Part shown: piece after piece, positions 9,830 to 19,950 of the stretch | Layout: each line of letters starts with the position of its first letter | Position numbering within the stretch: the first letter of the stretch is position 1 | Source: Candidatus Deferrimicrobiaceae bacterium | GTDB lineage: Bacteria; Desulfobacterota; Deferrimicrobia; Deferrimicrobiales; Deferrimicrobiaceae | Direction of reading: 5' to 3' | DNA length: 64,000 nt | NCBI GenBank assembly: GCA_963792415.1 | Contig: CAWBVY010000006.1 | Location: 480,001-544,000, forward strand | Made by a program: the position numbers and the translations under genes | Notes under the pieces: model-generated | The model's input: only the letters and a program-made list of their open reading frames with translations | Database searches by the model: none | What the model was told of the DNA's origin: nothing

Positions 9830-11219
9830 TCACTCGATCCCGTGTTTCTGCAACCGGTACCGGATCGACCGAAGGGAAATGTTCAACAATTTCGCAGCTT
9901 CCGTGCGATTTCCCCCCGTTTTTCCCAGGGCGTTCAAAAGGTGGATCTTTTCCAGGCGGTCCATCTCCGTGTCAAGAAAGACCCCCTCATTCGGGAAGGA
10001 TTCCTGATTATTCTCAACGGGTGCACCCTCCTGGGTGACAAATTTTGTCACATTCGGGGGGAGGGAGCCGATCGAGATGACATTTTTTGTCTCCATGATC
10101 GTCGCCCGCTCGAGGAGGTTTTCCAGCTCCCGTACGTTGCCCGGGAAAGTCGTAGGCGAGCAGCGCCCGCATCGCCTCCCCGTCGATCCGCTCGATCGGC
10201 TTGGCGTGCTTCTCCGAGAATTTCCGCAGGAAGTGGGCGGCCAGCGCCGGGATGTCCTCGCGGCGATCCCGCAAGGGGGGAACGGACACCTGGATGACGT
10301 TGAGGCGGAAGTAGAGGTCGTCCCGGAAGCGCCCCTCGACCATCTCCCGGTGCAGGTCCCGCTTCGAGGCGCAGACGATCCGGATGTCGATGGAGATGTC
10401 CTCGTTCCCGCCGACCCGGCGGAACGACCGCTCCTGGAGGGAGCGCAGCAGCTTGCTCTGCATCGGCTGCGGAAGCTCGCCCACCTCGTCGAGGAAGAGG
10501 GTCCCGCGGTGCGCGGTCTCGAACAGCCCTTTTTTCGTCTGCACGGCCCCGGTGAACGCGCCGCGAACGTGCCCGAACAGTTCGCTCTCGATCAGCGTCT
10601 CGGGGATGGCGGCGCAGTTGATCGGTACGAAGGGGAAATCCTTGCGGGGGCTGCGCGCGTGGAGGGCGGCGGCAACCAGCTCCTTTCCCGTGCCGCTCTC
10701 GCCCAGGATCATCACGTTGGCGTCGGTGGGGGCGACCCGGTCGATCAGCTCGAAGACCCCCAGGATCGACTCGCTCCGACCGACGATCCCCTCGTAGGAG
10801 GAGGTCCCCCGGACCGATTCGCGCAGCGCCTTCCGCCGGCCGGCGGCATCTTCCTTCCGCGCGAGGGCGGCCCGCACCAGCTTGCGGAGGTTCGCGTTGT
10901 CGAACGGCTTGGTGAGGTAGTCGTACGCCCCGTACCGGATCGCCTCCTTGGCCGTCTCGACGGTCGCGTAGGCGGTGAGCACGATCACCTGGGTCCACGG
11001 ATTTTTCTGCACGGCCGCGCGCAACACCTTCAACCCGTCGTCGGGACGCGCCATCCGAAGGTCGGTGAGGACGAGGTCGTACGCGTTCGCCGCGATCGCG
11101 GCTTCCGCCTCGGCGAGCGAGGAAGCCATGTCGACCTCGAACCCCTCCTTCTTGAAGAAGAGCTCCAGTACCTGCCGAAGGCTTTGCTCGTCGTCGACGA
11201 CGAGAACGTACTCTTTCAA
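9830..11219 (-). CDS. pilR: Sigma-54 response regulator PilR (frameshift near 10141)
   Basis: Receiver, GESGTGKE, GAFTGA; YDFPG|NVRELEN split by one extra base; C-terminal HTH GNRTEAAKLLNISLRSIRYRL in ORF 9830-10096; adjacent to pilA. Confidence 0.88.
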
Positions 11220-11290
11220 CCTGCCTCCTCGCTCTTTGCGGGAGCCGGCTCCCCCGCCCGCCCCTTCCGCCCCCCGGCCGGACCGCGGGG

Positions 11291-12362
11291 TCAGCTCCCG
11301 GGTGCGGTCAACTTCTTATAGTAGTTCCCCGGCCTTTTTTCCACCAGATTCGCCAGTTCCATTTCCATCAGGGACGGAAGGAGTTCCCGGACCGGCACGG
11401 ACAGGGCCTCCGAGATCTCCCCCACGTGCAGCTCCCCCGAGAGAGCGGCGAGCACCCGCTCCGCGATCCCGCCGACGGCAACGGGGGGCGGACACCCGAG
11501 AACGCCATGAACGTCGGCGACCGAGCAGACCGGGGGCGCCCCCTCCCGCAGCAGGCGGTTGCTCCCGGCCGTGTGGGCGAACCATGGGTTCCCCGGCACG
11601 ACCATCACATCGCGCCCCTGCTCGAGCGCGAACCTCGCGGTGATCAGCGCACCGCTGCGCTCCGGCGCCTCGGCCACGATCACCCCGCGCGACAACCCGC
11701 TCACGATCCGGTTCCGCTCCGGGAACCGGTGGGGCAGGGGCAACGACCCCGGCGGGTATTCCGAGAAGATCGTCCCGTTTTCGAGGATTTCTTCGCGCAA
11801 TTCCGCGTGTTCCCGGGGGTACGCCACGTCCACGCCGCAACCGAGGACCGCCACCGTCGTCCCCCCGGCGTGGAGGGCCCCCCTGTGCGCCGCCGCGTCG
11901 ATCCCGCGCGCCATCCCGCTGACCACGGTCCATCGGGCCGCGGCGAGTTCCCCCGCCAGAATGCGGGTGAATTCCCTCCCCGGCCCCGTGGGGGCGCGGC
12001 TCCCGACCACCGCCACCGCCTCCCCGCCGGTCCATGCCTTCCCGGCGCGGTAGAGGAGGAGCGGCGCCCCGGGAATCTCCCGGAGCGGGACGGGGTAGTC
12101 GCTCGCACCCCAGGGGAGGATCGCGATCCCCAGCCGCTCGCACCCCTCCCGCACGGTTTCCGACCCGCCGGTCCGCCTCCGCGGAGCCGAGCGCCGCCTT
12201 CGCCTTCCCGAGAAGGGAAACGCCCCGCGGCGTCATGCCGGGGAGGAAACCGCCCGCCCCGGAAGCGCGGAGGCGCCGGAGGTGATCGACGGTGAACCCC
12301 TCGATCAGCGACAGGCGGAGGAACGTGTCGAGGAGGGAATCGGTGCTTGCGGAATCATCCAC
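11291..12362 (-). CDS. dprA: DNA-processing protein DprA (frameshift near 12160)
   Basis: AVVGSR, VSGMARGIDAAAH, FPERNRIVSGLS, SGALITA; N-terminal part in ORF 11316-12362. Confidence 0.92.
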
Positions 12363-12441
12363 GGGGGAACCCCTGGCCGGTTTCCCCCGTTATGTCTTCA
12401 AATGTCGTGCCGTCATGGAATCGCCAGGTGCGGCGAAATAA

Positions 12442-13536
12442 TTACTTCGGGGGTAACCCCCGCATGGCCGAGGCGCCCGCGGCGAACGACTCCGTGCTGC
12501 TGGTGACGTACGCCGAGGAGAAGTCCGGCGAGACACGGACCACGACCGCCCTGGCCACCGGTGCGTACAGGACCTTGCCCGATACGGTCGTCGGCGCAGC
12601 CCCTGCCGCCGCCCCGGTCGGGACGAAAAGACGGAAGACGTTCCCCACCGCAACGCCCGCGGACCCTCCCTGGTCAAGGTAGACGAAATCGCCCTGCGCG
12701 AGTTCCTTGTTCTCGAGGCGGGCGGTGATCACCGAGCACGGGATGCCGTCCGCTCCCGGGTCGATCCGCACCGGCGTATATGCCGGGATCTCCTCCGAAA
12801 TGAGGTCGGCGCGCGTGAGGTCCTCGAACGATTGCCGGACCCATCCGGTCGGCTGCCCGTCACGTATCGGCCCCGCCTGGATCACCCCGATCAGGTATTT
12901 CACATATCCGGAAACCGGACGTTTCCCCGGACTATCGATCGGTCCCCGGACCCGGTAGACGCCGAGCAGCTGGCCCTCCGGGATCTCCTTCCGGAGCGAA
13001 AGGTAGACCTGGTCGCCTTTGACGAATCCGACCTTCGGGTCCCTCCCTGCCTGGATGTTCCCGATCCCCTTCGGCGCCTCCTTCAAAAACTCCCCTGCAC
13101 GGACGAAATCCTCCGGCATGATGTCGAGGTACGGCACGCGGGGAGGGGCAACGGGTTGGACCACGGGTTTGGCCGCCTCCACGGGCGGAGCGACAGCGGC
13201 TAACGTTTCGGCGGGGCCGGAGGCGGACGCCGGCTCCTGCCCGAGCGCGAACTCTCTCGGACCGGGCGGGACGATAACGACCTGGATGCCGGGATAGATG
13301 TAGTGCGGATTGGTGAGGAAGCGGTTTTGCTCCCAGATTTCCGTCCATTTCCACGGGGACCCGAGGTATTTCGCGGAAAGATCCCAGAGGGTGTCCCCCG
13401 CGACCACCGTGTGGACGATCCCCTCGGACGGTTTCGCCGTGTCCGCCGGCGCCTGCTGTGCGAACGCACCGGACGGGAGAAGGATCAAGGTGCAAAGCAC
13501 CGTGAACACTACCCTATTCAACGACGCACGTTTCAT
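12442..13536 (-). CDS. Exported LysM peptidoglycan-binding protein (TsaP-like)
   Basis: Signal peptide; HTVVAGDTLWDLSAKYLGSPWKWTEIW...NPHYIYPG; LysM-dprA pairing. Confidence 0.85.
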   Translation of the reverse strand: MKRASLNRVVFTVLCTLILLPSGAFAQQAPADTAKPSEGIVHTVVAGDTLWDLSAKYLGSPWKWTEIWEQNRFLTNPHYIYPGIQVVIVPPGPREFALGQEPASASGPAETLAAVAPPVEAAKPVVQPVAPPRVPYLDIMPEDFVRAGEFLKEAPKGIGNIQAGRDPKVGFVKGDQVYLSLRKEIPEGQLLGVYRVRGPIDSPGKRPVSGYVKYLIGVIQAGPIRDGQPTGWVRQSFEDLTRADLISEEIPAYTPVRIDPGADGIPCSVITARLENKELAQGDFVYLDQGGSAGVAVGNVFRLFVPTGAAAGAAPTTVSGKVLYAPVARAVVVRVSPDFSSAYVTSSTESFAAGASAMRGLPPK

Positions 13537-13617
13537 CGTCCACACCCCTGTTTCCCCGCCCGGACGGCGTTATGTATCACTCTTATCGGTGAAACGGCCG
13601 TGCATCTTCAAGAAAAA

Positions 13618-14421
13618 TTACCTGCCGTACCTCCCGAAGTCAAGCGGACCTTTCCCACCGCCCGGCCATCGCAGGTGCAGGAACACCTCGCGGTTCCCCT
13701 TCGGGCCGGGAACCCGGCTCTCCGCCTCGCCGAGGACTTCGTATCCGATTTCCCGGGCGAACGCCGCGATCCCGTCGACCGCCTCACGCCGCAATTGATG
13801 GTCCCGGACGACGCCCCCCCTGCCGACGCGGCCCTTCCCCACCTCGAATTGCGGCTTCACGAGGGGGAGCGCCCAGGCGACGGGGGCAAGGAAGCGCGGG
13901 AGCACCGGGAGGATGTGCCGAAGCGAGATGAAGGAGACGTCGACGACCGCGAGCGTCACCTTTTCCGGCAGCAGATCCCCGGCCGCATGGCGGAAGTTCA
14001 CCTTTTCGAGAGAGACGACGCGCGGGTCGCGCAGCAGCCGGTCGTCCAGCAGGCGCTCCCCGACGTCGAGCGCGTAGACGCGGGAGGCGCCGCGTCGGAG
14101 CAGGCAGTCGGTGAAGCCGCCCGTCGACGCGCCCACATCGAGCGCCACGCTCCCCGCCGGGTCGATCCCGAAATCGTCGAGCGCTCCCGAGAGCTTCCCG
14201 CCGCCCCGCGAGGCGAACGGACGGGGGGCCGGCAGAAGCGCGATGTCCACGCCCTCCTTCACGGCCGTCCCGCATTTCGTGCAGACGACCCCGCCGAGGA
14301 GGACCCTCCCGGCCAGGATCAGCCCCTGGGCCTTCGCCCGGGTCTCCGCGATCCCCCGCGAGACGAGCTCGGCGTCGAGCCGGCGGCGCGAGCCGGCGGA
14401 GGGGTGCGGCGGATCAGACAA
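13618..14421 (-). CDS. tlyA: TlyA family rRNA 2'-O-methyltransferase
   Basis: S4-like RLDAELV, SRGGGKL, DVGASTGGFTDCLL, DVSFISL, KPQFE, GPKGNRE. Confidence 0.93.
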   Translation of the reverse strand: MSDPPHPSAGSRRRLDAELVSRGIAETRAKAQGLILAGRVLLGGVVCTKCGTAVKEGVDIALLPAPRPFASRGGGKLSGALDDFGIDPAGSVALDVGASTGGFTDCLLRRGASRVYALDVGERLLDDRLLRDPRVVSLEKVNFRHAAGDLLPEKVTLAVVDVSFISLRHILPVLPRFLAPVAWALPLVKPQFEVGKGRVGRGGVVRDHQLRREAVDGIAAFAREIGYEVLGEAESRVPGPKGNREVFLHLRWPGGGKGPLDFGRYGR

Positions 14422-16372
14422 TCTTCTCGAGGCGGGACCGGATACCGTCGAGGAGCGAGGGGATCAGGGACTTCCCTTCGTGGCAGATCCGCAACGCCTC
14501 GGAAACGATGTGTTCGGACGTCAAACCGCACGCTTCACGCAACTGGGCGAGGGATCCGTGCTCGACGAACCGGTCGTGGACGCCGATCCGGCGGAATCGC
14601 TGTGGATGCTCGTCGTGCTCCTCGAGAAGCTCCATGATCGCGCTGCCGAACCCGCCCGCGAGCAGGTTCTCCTCCACGGTTACGACCCGCCCGATCCGGC
14701 GGACCAGCGGCAGGAGGAGGTCGGCGTCGAGGGGCTTTACGAACCGGGCGTCGACCACCGCCGCGGAAACACCCTGCTTTCGCAGCTCCTGCGCCGCGTG
14801 CAGGCACGTCAGGACGGTCGAACCGATCCCGACGAGGAGCACGTCTTTCCCTTCCTCCAGAAGCTCGCCCCTCCCCCAGGGAATCGTCTCGTCCCCGGAG
14901 GGGATCGCGGCCCCCGTTCCGGAACCCCGTGGATAGCGGATCGCAACGGGACGACCGGCCCCAACCGCCGTGCGAAGCATCCGGACCAGCTCGGCCTCGT
15001 CGCGCGGCGCCATGAGCGACATTTCGGGGATCTGACGCAGGAACGACATGTCGAACAATCCCTGGTGCGTGGCCCCGTCGGCCCCGACAAGGCCTCCACG
15101 GTCCACGGCGAACACCACGGGGAGCTTCTGTATGCAGACGTCGTGGATGATCTGGTCGAAGGCGCGCTGCAGGAAGGTCGAGTAGATCGCCACCACGGGG
15201 ATCTTCCCCTCGCGGGCAAGCCCCGCGGCGAAGGTCACCGCGTGGGCTTCCGCGATCCCCACGTCGAAGAACCGGTCGGGAAACGCCTCTCGAAATTTCG
15301 TAAGACCCGTCCCGCCGCACATCGCCGCGGTGATGGCGACCACTTTCGGGTTTTCCCTCGCGAGCTCTACGATCGCGTCGGAGAAGACGTCCGTGTAGGA
15401 CGGCGCCGGCGCCTTTCCGATCCCCTTCCCGGTGTCCGGGTCGAAGGCGCCCACCCCGTGGAAATATTCCGGGTTCCCCTCCGCCGGCGCGTACCCCTTT
15501 CCCTTGGAGGTCACCACGTGGACGAGCACGGGCCCTTCGATGTTTCCGAGGTTCTGGAGCGTTCCGATGAGGGCCTCGAGGTCGTGCCCGGGGATCGGGC
15601 CGATGTAGGTGTAGCCGAGCTCCTCGAACAGGAGGCCGGGGACGATGAACCCCTTCGTCAACTCCTCCGATTTTTTCGCGATCCGCGCCAGGAACGCGCC
15701 GTGGGGCATCGATTTCAGGAGCGTCTCGACCCGCTTCCGGAACGAGGTGTACAGCTTTCCGGTCATCATCCGGTTGAGGTACCCGGATAGGGCTCCGACG
15801 TTCTGGGAGATCGACCACTCGTTGTCGTTGAGGATGACGATGAGGTCGCGCTTCTGGTGACCCGCGTGGTTCAGCCCTTCGAGGGCGAGACCGGAGGAGA
15901 GGGAGCCGTCCCCTATGACGGCGACGACACGGTTCTTCTCCTTCCGGAGATCCCGGGCGACCGCCATCCCGAGGGCCGCGGAGATCGACGTGCCGGAATG
16001 CCCGGTGCCGAAGGCGTCGCAGGGGCTCTCGGAGATGCGGGGAAATCCGGAGATCCCCCCGAAGGTCCGCAGCGTCGGAAAAACGTCCCGCCTCCCCGTG
16101 AGGATCTTGTGGGCATAGGCCTGGTGCCCGACGTCCCATATGATCCGGTCCTTCGGGCAATCGAACACGTAGTGGAGGGCGACCGTGAGTTCCACCACGC
16201 CGAGGCTCGATGCGAGGTGCCCCCCGGTGCGCGCGATGTTGCGTACGATCGTCTCCCGCAGCTCCGCGGCGACGCCCGGAAGCTTGTCGCGAGGTACCTT
16301 CTTCAGTTCCGCCGGCGACTGGATCGCTGCCGGTAGGATCGGCGCCAAGCGGGGAGAATCTGCCACCGTCAC
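14414..16372 (-). CDS. dxs: 1-deoxy-D-xylulose-5-phosphate synthase
   Basis: GGHLASSLGVVEL, WDVGHQAY, GHSGTSISAALG, ILNDNEWSI, DVGIAE, YSTFLQRAFDQ; GTG start overlaps the ispA stop. Confidence 0.97.
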   Translation of the reverse strand: MTVADSPRLAPILPAAIQSPAELKKVPRDKLPGVAAELRETIVRNIARTGGHLASSLGVVELTVALHYVFDCPKDRIIWDVGHQAYAHKILTGRRDVFPTLRTFGGISGFPRISESPCDAFGTGHSGTSISAALGMAVARDLRKEKNRVVAVIGDGSLSSGLALEGLNHAGHQKRDLIVILNDNEWSISQNVGALSGYLNRMMTGKLYTSFRKRVETLLKSMPHGAFLARIAKKSEELTKGFIVPGLLFEELGYTYIGPIPGHDLEALIGTLQNLGNIEGPVLVHVVTSKGKGYAPAEGNPEYFHGVGAFDPDTGKGIGKAPAPSYTDVFSDAIVELARENPKVVAITAAMCGGTGLTKFREAFPDRFFDVGIAEAHAVTFAAGLAREGKIPVVAIYSTFLQRAFDQIIHDVCIQKLPVVFAVDRGGLVGADGATHQGLFDMSFLRQIPEMSLMAPRDEAELVRMLRTAVGAGRPVAIRYPRGSGTGAAIPSGDETIPWGRGELLEEGKDVLLVGIGSTVLTCLHAAQELRKQGVSAAVVDARFVKPLDADLLLPLVRRIGRVVTVEENLLAGGFGSAIMELLEEHDEHPQRFRRIGVHDRFVEHGSLAQLREACGLTSEHIVSEALRICHEGKSLIPSLLDGIRSRLEKIV

Positions 16373-17259
16373 TTCCTCCTGTTCCGCACCATGCCGACGA
16401 GTTCCCGGAGCGGATCGGCTTCCGCCCCGAACGTGGAAACCGCGTCGAGCGCAGCCCGTTCGAGCACCGAGGTCCGCTCGATCGCGGCCGGCATCCCGTG
16501 GGCCACGGGGTAGGTCCACTTCCCCCGCGCCCGATCCTTGGCGATCCCCTTTCCCATCTCCTCGAAGCTCCCCGTCTCGTCGAGGATGTCGTCGGTGACC
16601 TGGAAGAGCAGACCCAGCCGCGTCCCGTACTCCCCCAGCGTCCCGATCTGCGCCGGCGAACCGCCGCCCAGGATCGCCCCCATCCGCGCGCAGGAGGCAA
16701 GGAGGGCGGCGGTCTTCCGCAGCTCGATCTCGTCGACCTCGGCCGCCGTGGAGCTCCCGGGCGCGGCGGACAGGTCCATCTGCTGGCCGCCCACCATCCC
16801 GCCCCCGCCGGCCGCCCGCGCGAGGTCGGCGATCGCCCGAACCACCCTGCCGGGATCGGCCTGCGCCAGCGGGGATTCCGCCATCACCCGAAACGCGTCC
16901 GTCAGCAGCGCGTCGCCGGCCAGGATCGCCGTTCCCTCGCCGAACATCTTGTGGGAGGTCGGCTTTCCCCGCCGGAAGTCGTCGTCGTCCATCGCCGGCA
17001 AATCGTCGTGGATCAGCGAATACGTGTGGATGTACTCGACCGCGCTGGCGAACGGAAGAAGGGCGCCTACTTCTCCACCCACCGCCAGGCCGGCGGACAG
17101 GAGCAAAACCGGCCGCACGCGCTTCCCCCCCGCCATCAGCGAGTATTCCATCGCCTCCCGGAGGGGAGACGGGATCCGGGACGCCTCGGAAGCGAAGGTT
17201 CCGGCCAGGCTCTCCTCGACCAACCCGCGCAGACGGGCGATGGTGTCGGCCGGCGTCAC
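16369..17259 (-). CDS. ispA: Farnesyl diphosphate synthase (polyprenyl synthetase)
   Basis: GGKRVRP, SLIHDDLPAMDDDDFRRGKP, FQVTDDILD; xseB-ispA-dxs synteny. Confidence 0.95.
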   Translation of the reverse strand: MTPADTIARLRGLVEESLAGTFASEASRIPSPLREAMEYSLMAGGKRVRPVLLLSAGLAVGGEVGALLPFASAVEYIHTYSLIHDDLPAMDDDDFRRGKPTSHKMFGEGTAILAGDALLTDAFRVMAESPLAQADPGRVVRAIADLARAAGGGGMVGGQQMDLSAAPGSSTAAEVDEIELRKTAALLASCARMGAILGGGSPAQIGTLGEYGTRLGLLFQVTDDILDETGSFEEMGKGIAKDRARGKWTYPVAHGMPAAIERTSVLERAALDAVSTFGAEADPLRELVGMVRNRRK

Positions 17260-17510
17260 TCTTCCTTCCCTAAGATATCGTCCTCCTCCGCGGTCTCCCG
17301 GGAGACGCCCCCCGGCTTCCGCAGGAGGAGCTCGATCTTCCGGTCGGCCTCGTCGAGGCGCTTTCGGCACGCCTCGGAGAGGCGCATCCCCTCCTCGAAC
17401 AGGCGGATCGACTCCTCCAGGGGAGGCTCCCCCGACTCGAGTCGCTCCACGACGGCTTCGAGTCCCTTCAACGCCTCCTCGAAGGAGGGCTCCTTCACTT
17501 TACCCGCCAT
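17256..17510 (-). CDS. xseB: Exodeoxyribonuclease VII small subunit
   Basis: SFEEALKGLEAVVERLESGEPPLEESIRLFEEG. Confidence 0.95.
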   Translation of the reverse strand: MAGKVKEPSFEEALKGLEAVVERLESGEPPLEESIRLFEEGMRLSEACRKRLDEADRKIELLLRKPGGVSRETAEEDDILGKEE

Positions 17511-17596
17511 CGCGGACCGCCTCCGAAACGCTCAGCCGCTCGGCCCGTGTGCGGTCCCGTCGGTGTTGAGCATCGTATTTCATTATAGTTCACCCC

Positions 17597-18469
17597 TCAT
17601 CGGCCCGGAAGGGCGAACAGTCGCGTCGGGTCGACGCGACCACCCGGAACCCTCACGCCGAAATGCAGATGCGGCCCGGTGGCCCGTCCCGTGGAGCCGA
17701 CCGACCCGATACGGTCCCCCCGGGAGAGTTCCTGTCGCTCCGCGACGGAGAACTCCTTCAGGTGATAGTAGACGCTGAAGACACCGCCGCCGTGGTCGAT
17801 CACCACGGATCGCCCGCCGAAGAACTGCTCTCCCGCGAAGGCGACCCGACCGTCGGCGATCGCACGGACCGGCGTCCCCGAGGGCAGGTTGATGTCCACC
17901 GCGGAGTGCGGCATCCGGGGATGTCCGTTGATCACCCTGCGCGCGCCGAAGTTGGCGGGACGGTACTCCTCCACCGGCGGAAGGAACGGGGTCCGCCAGC
18001 GCGGGGGGGTCACGCGGGAGAAGCGCCGGGAAAGCTCCGCCGCCTCCGCACCGATCCGGACCAGCGTCGCGTTGTCGAAAACCGCCATCCCTTCCGGGAG
18101 GGTCAGTTCCTGGACGGCGAACTCCCGGGGGGAGACCGTCACCTCCGCCTCCGCCCGGACCCGGTCCCCGTCGTGGAACCCTTCGACGGCCACCACCGCC
18201 GGTCCCGCCGGATCGTCGAGATCCACGCCGATCAACCCCTCGTACCGTCCCGGGGCGATCTCCCGCATCGGCCAGGACGCGCGCTTCCACCGGAGGACCA
18301 GGTTGTCGACGACCCCGCTCGCCGCGACCTCCACGAGCACGGGATCGCCCACCGCCGGGGTGCCGGTCGAAACGGCGATCGACAACCTCCCTCCGGGCGC
18401 GGCGAGCGCGGGGACCCCGACGATCAATCCGAGGAGGACACCTGCCAGCATGCGGCGCAATCGCCACAC
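17597..18469 (-). CDS. Exported M23 family metallopeptidase
   Basis: Signal peptide; PHSAVD, VIDHGGGVFSVYYHL, TGRATGPHLHF; start uncertain (18469 or 18451). Confidence 0.88.
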   Translation of the reverse strand: MWRLRRMLAGVLLGLIVGVPALAAPGGRLSIAVSTGTPAVGDPVLVEVAASGVVDNLVLRWKRASWPMREIAPGRYEGLIGVDLDDPAGPAVVAVEGFHDGDRVRAEAEVTVSPREFAVQELTLPEGMAVFDNATLVRIGAEAAELSRRFSRVTPPRWRTPFLPPVEEYRPANFGARRVINGHPRMPHSAVDINLPSGTPVRAIADGRVAFAGEQFFGGRSVVIDHGGGVFSVYYHLKEFSVAERQELSRGDRIGSVGSTGRATGPHLHFGVRVPGGRVDPTRLFALPGR

Positions 18470-18475
18470 GACAGA

Positions 18476-18565
18476 GGGGGACATTCCTTCCAGGGGGGGA
18501 CATTCCTGGTCTGACCCGGGTCGAAGGGAAGGAGTGTCCTCCCACTGCGGGAAGGAGTGTCCTCC
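18476..18565. repeat. Compound inverted-repeat (REP/BIME-like) intergenic element
   Basis: Two copies of GGGGGACATTCCT, palindrome GACCCGGGTC, then two copies of the near-complement AGGAGTGTCCTCC. Confidence 0.7.
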
Positions 18566-18591
18566 GCCAAGGCGAAATCGCAGGGAGCGAG

Positions 18592-19950
18592 TCACGCTTT
18601 ATTCCTTTCCACAATCGCTCCGAATACGCCGTCGGAAACCCGGATATCCAGCCCCCGGCCGGGACGCGCCTCCGATATGGAACGGACAGCCTTCCCGGTG
18701 GCGCGATCGAGCACGATCGCGTACCCCCTGGTGAGCACGGCGGTCGGATTGAGGGACGCCAGCTTGCCGCCGAGAATATCGAGGGCGGATCGGAAGCGGC
18801 GGTTCCGTGCGTCCGCTTCGGTGCGTGCGCGGCCGAGAAGGACCGCGAGTTCCCCACGCCTTCCGGAAACCCACGCCGCGGGGGAGTGGATCCGCACCGA
18901 GGCGGAGAGACGCTCGACGGCCTCCCGCCCGTCCCGCACCGTCGAGCACGCAAGTTCCGAGAGCGAGGACGACAGCGCGTCGACGGCGTACCGCTTCCCC
19001 TGGAGGAGGGGGCGCGGATCCGACAATTTCCCCGCGGCGATCCGCCACTCCTGACGGGCCGTCTCCCTCGAACGCGCATCGGCCCGGCGCGCCCGCAGAG
19101 AGAGGGCCGCGACCCGGTCGAGGAGCTCGACCCGATCGGGGACGGCCATCTGCGCGGCGGCGGTCGGGGTGGGAGCGCGGTGGTCCGCGGCAAGATCGGC
19201 CAGCGTGAAGTCGGTCTCGTGCCCGACCGCACTGATGACCGGAACGGGCGAACGGAGGATGGCCCGCACGACCGCCTCCTCGTTGAACGCCCACAGGTCC
19301 TCGATCGAACCACCCCCGCGCCCGACGATAACAACGTCCGTGTCGCCGGAGGCGTACAGCGCGTCGAGCGCCGCCGCGATCTCCACCGCCGCGCCTTCCC
19401 CCTGGACCAGCGACGGCGCGAGAACGATCGCCACCCCCGGGAAGCGGGAGCGCGCCACCCGGACCATGTCGCGCAGGACAGCGCCGTGCAACGAGGTCAC
19501 GATCCCGAGCCGCCGGGGGAAGGGGGGAAGCGGGCGCTTGCGGACCGCGTCGAACAGCCCCTCCTCCGTGAGGCGGCGTTTCCGCCGCTCGAGCTCCACG
19601 AGAAGGTTCCCGACGCCCCGGACCTCGGCGGACCGGGCGTAGATCTGGTACTCCCCCTTCTTCTCGAACACCCCGAGGGATCCGGTGACGATCACGGTCT
19701 GCCCGTCGCGAATCTCCCCGAGGATGTTCCGCTCGTTCCCGCGGAACAGGACGACGCGTATCTGCGCCCCCTCGTCCTTCAGGGAGAAATACCGGTGGCC
19801 GGACGCCTCGTACCGTTTGTAGTTCGACACCTCTCCCTCGACCCGCACGGTCCGGAAGGACGACTCGAGGAGCCTCTTGATCTTTCCGGTCAGTTCGGTG
19901 ACGGAATAGACGTCCCCGGAGGGCGATGCGCCGAAAAGGTCACGTTCCAC
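18592..19950 (-). CDS. xseA: Exodeoxyribonuclease VII large subunit
   Basis: VEGEVSN, SGHRYFSLKD, GRGGGSIEDLWAFNEE, SAVGHETD, APTPTAAA. Confidence 0.97.
   Translation of the reverse strand: MERDLFGASPSGDVYSVTELTGKIKRLLESSFRTVRVEGEVSNYKRYEASGHRYFSLKDEGAQIRVVLFRGNERNILGEIRDGQTVIVTGSLGVFEKKGEYQIYARSAEVRGVGNLLVELERRKRRLTEEGLFDAVRKRPLPPFPRRLGIVTSLHGAVLRDMVRVARSRFPGVAIVLAPSLVQGEGAAVEIAAALDALYASGDTDVVIVGRGGGSIEDLWAFNEEAVVRAILRSPVPVISAVGHETDFTLADLAADHRAPTPTAAAQMAVPDRVELLDRVAALSLRARRADARSRETARQEWRIAAGKLSDPRPLLQGKRYAVDALSSSLSELACSTVRDGREAVERLSASVRIHSPAAWVSGRRGELAVLLGRARTEADARNRRFRSALDILGGKLASLNPTAVLTRGYAIVLDRATGKAVRSISEARPGRGLDIRVSDGVFGAIVERNKA

Noticed and set aside
18476-18565. CRISPR-like repeats
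   Set aside because: Only two direct plus two inverted copies of 13-16 nt with irregular spacing, and no cas genes.
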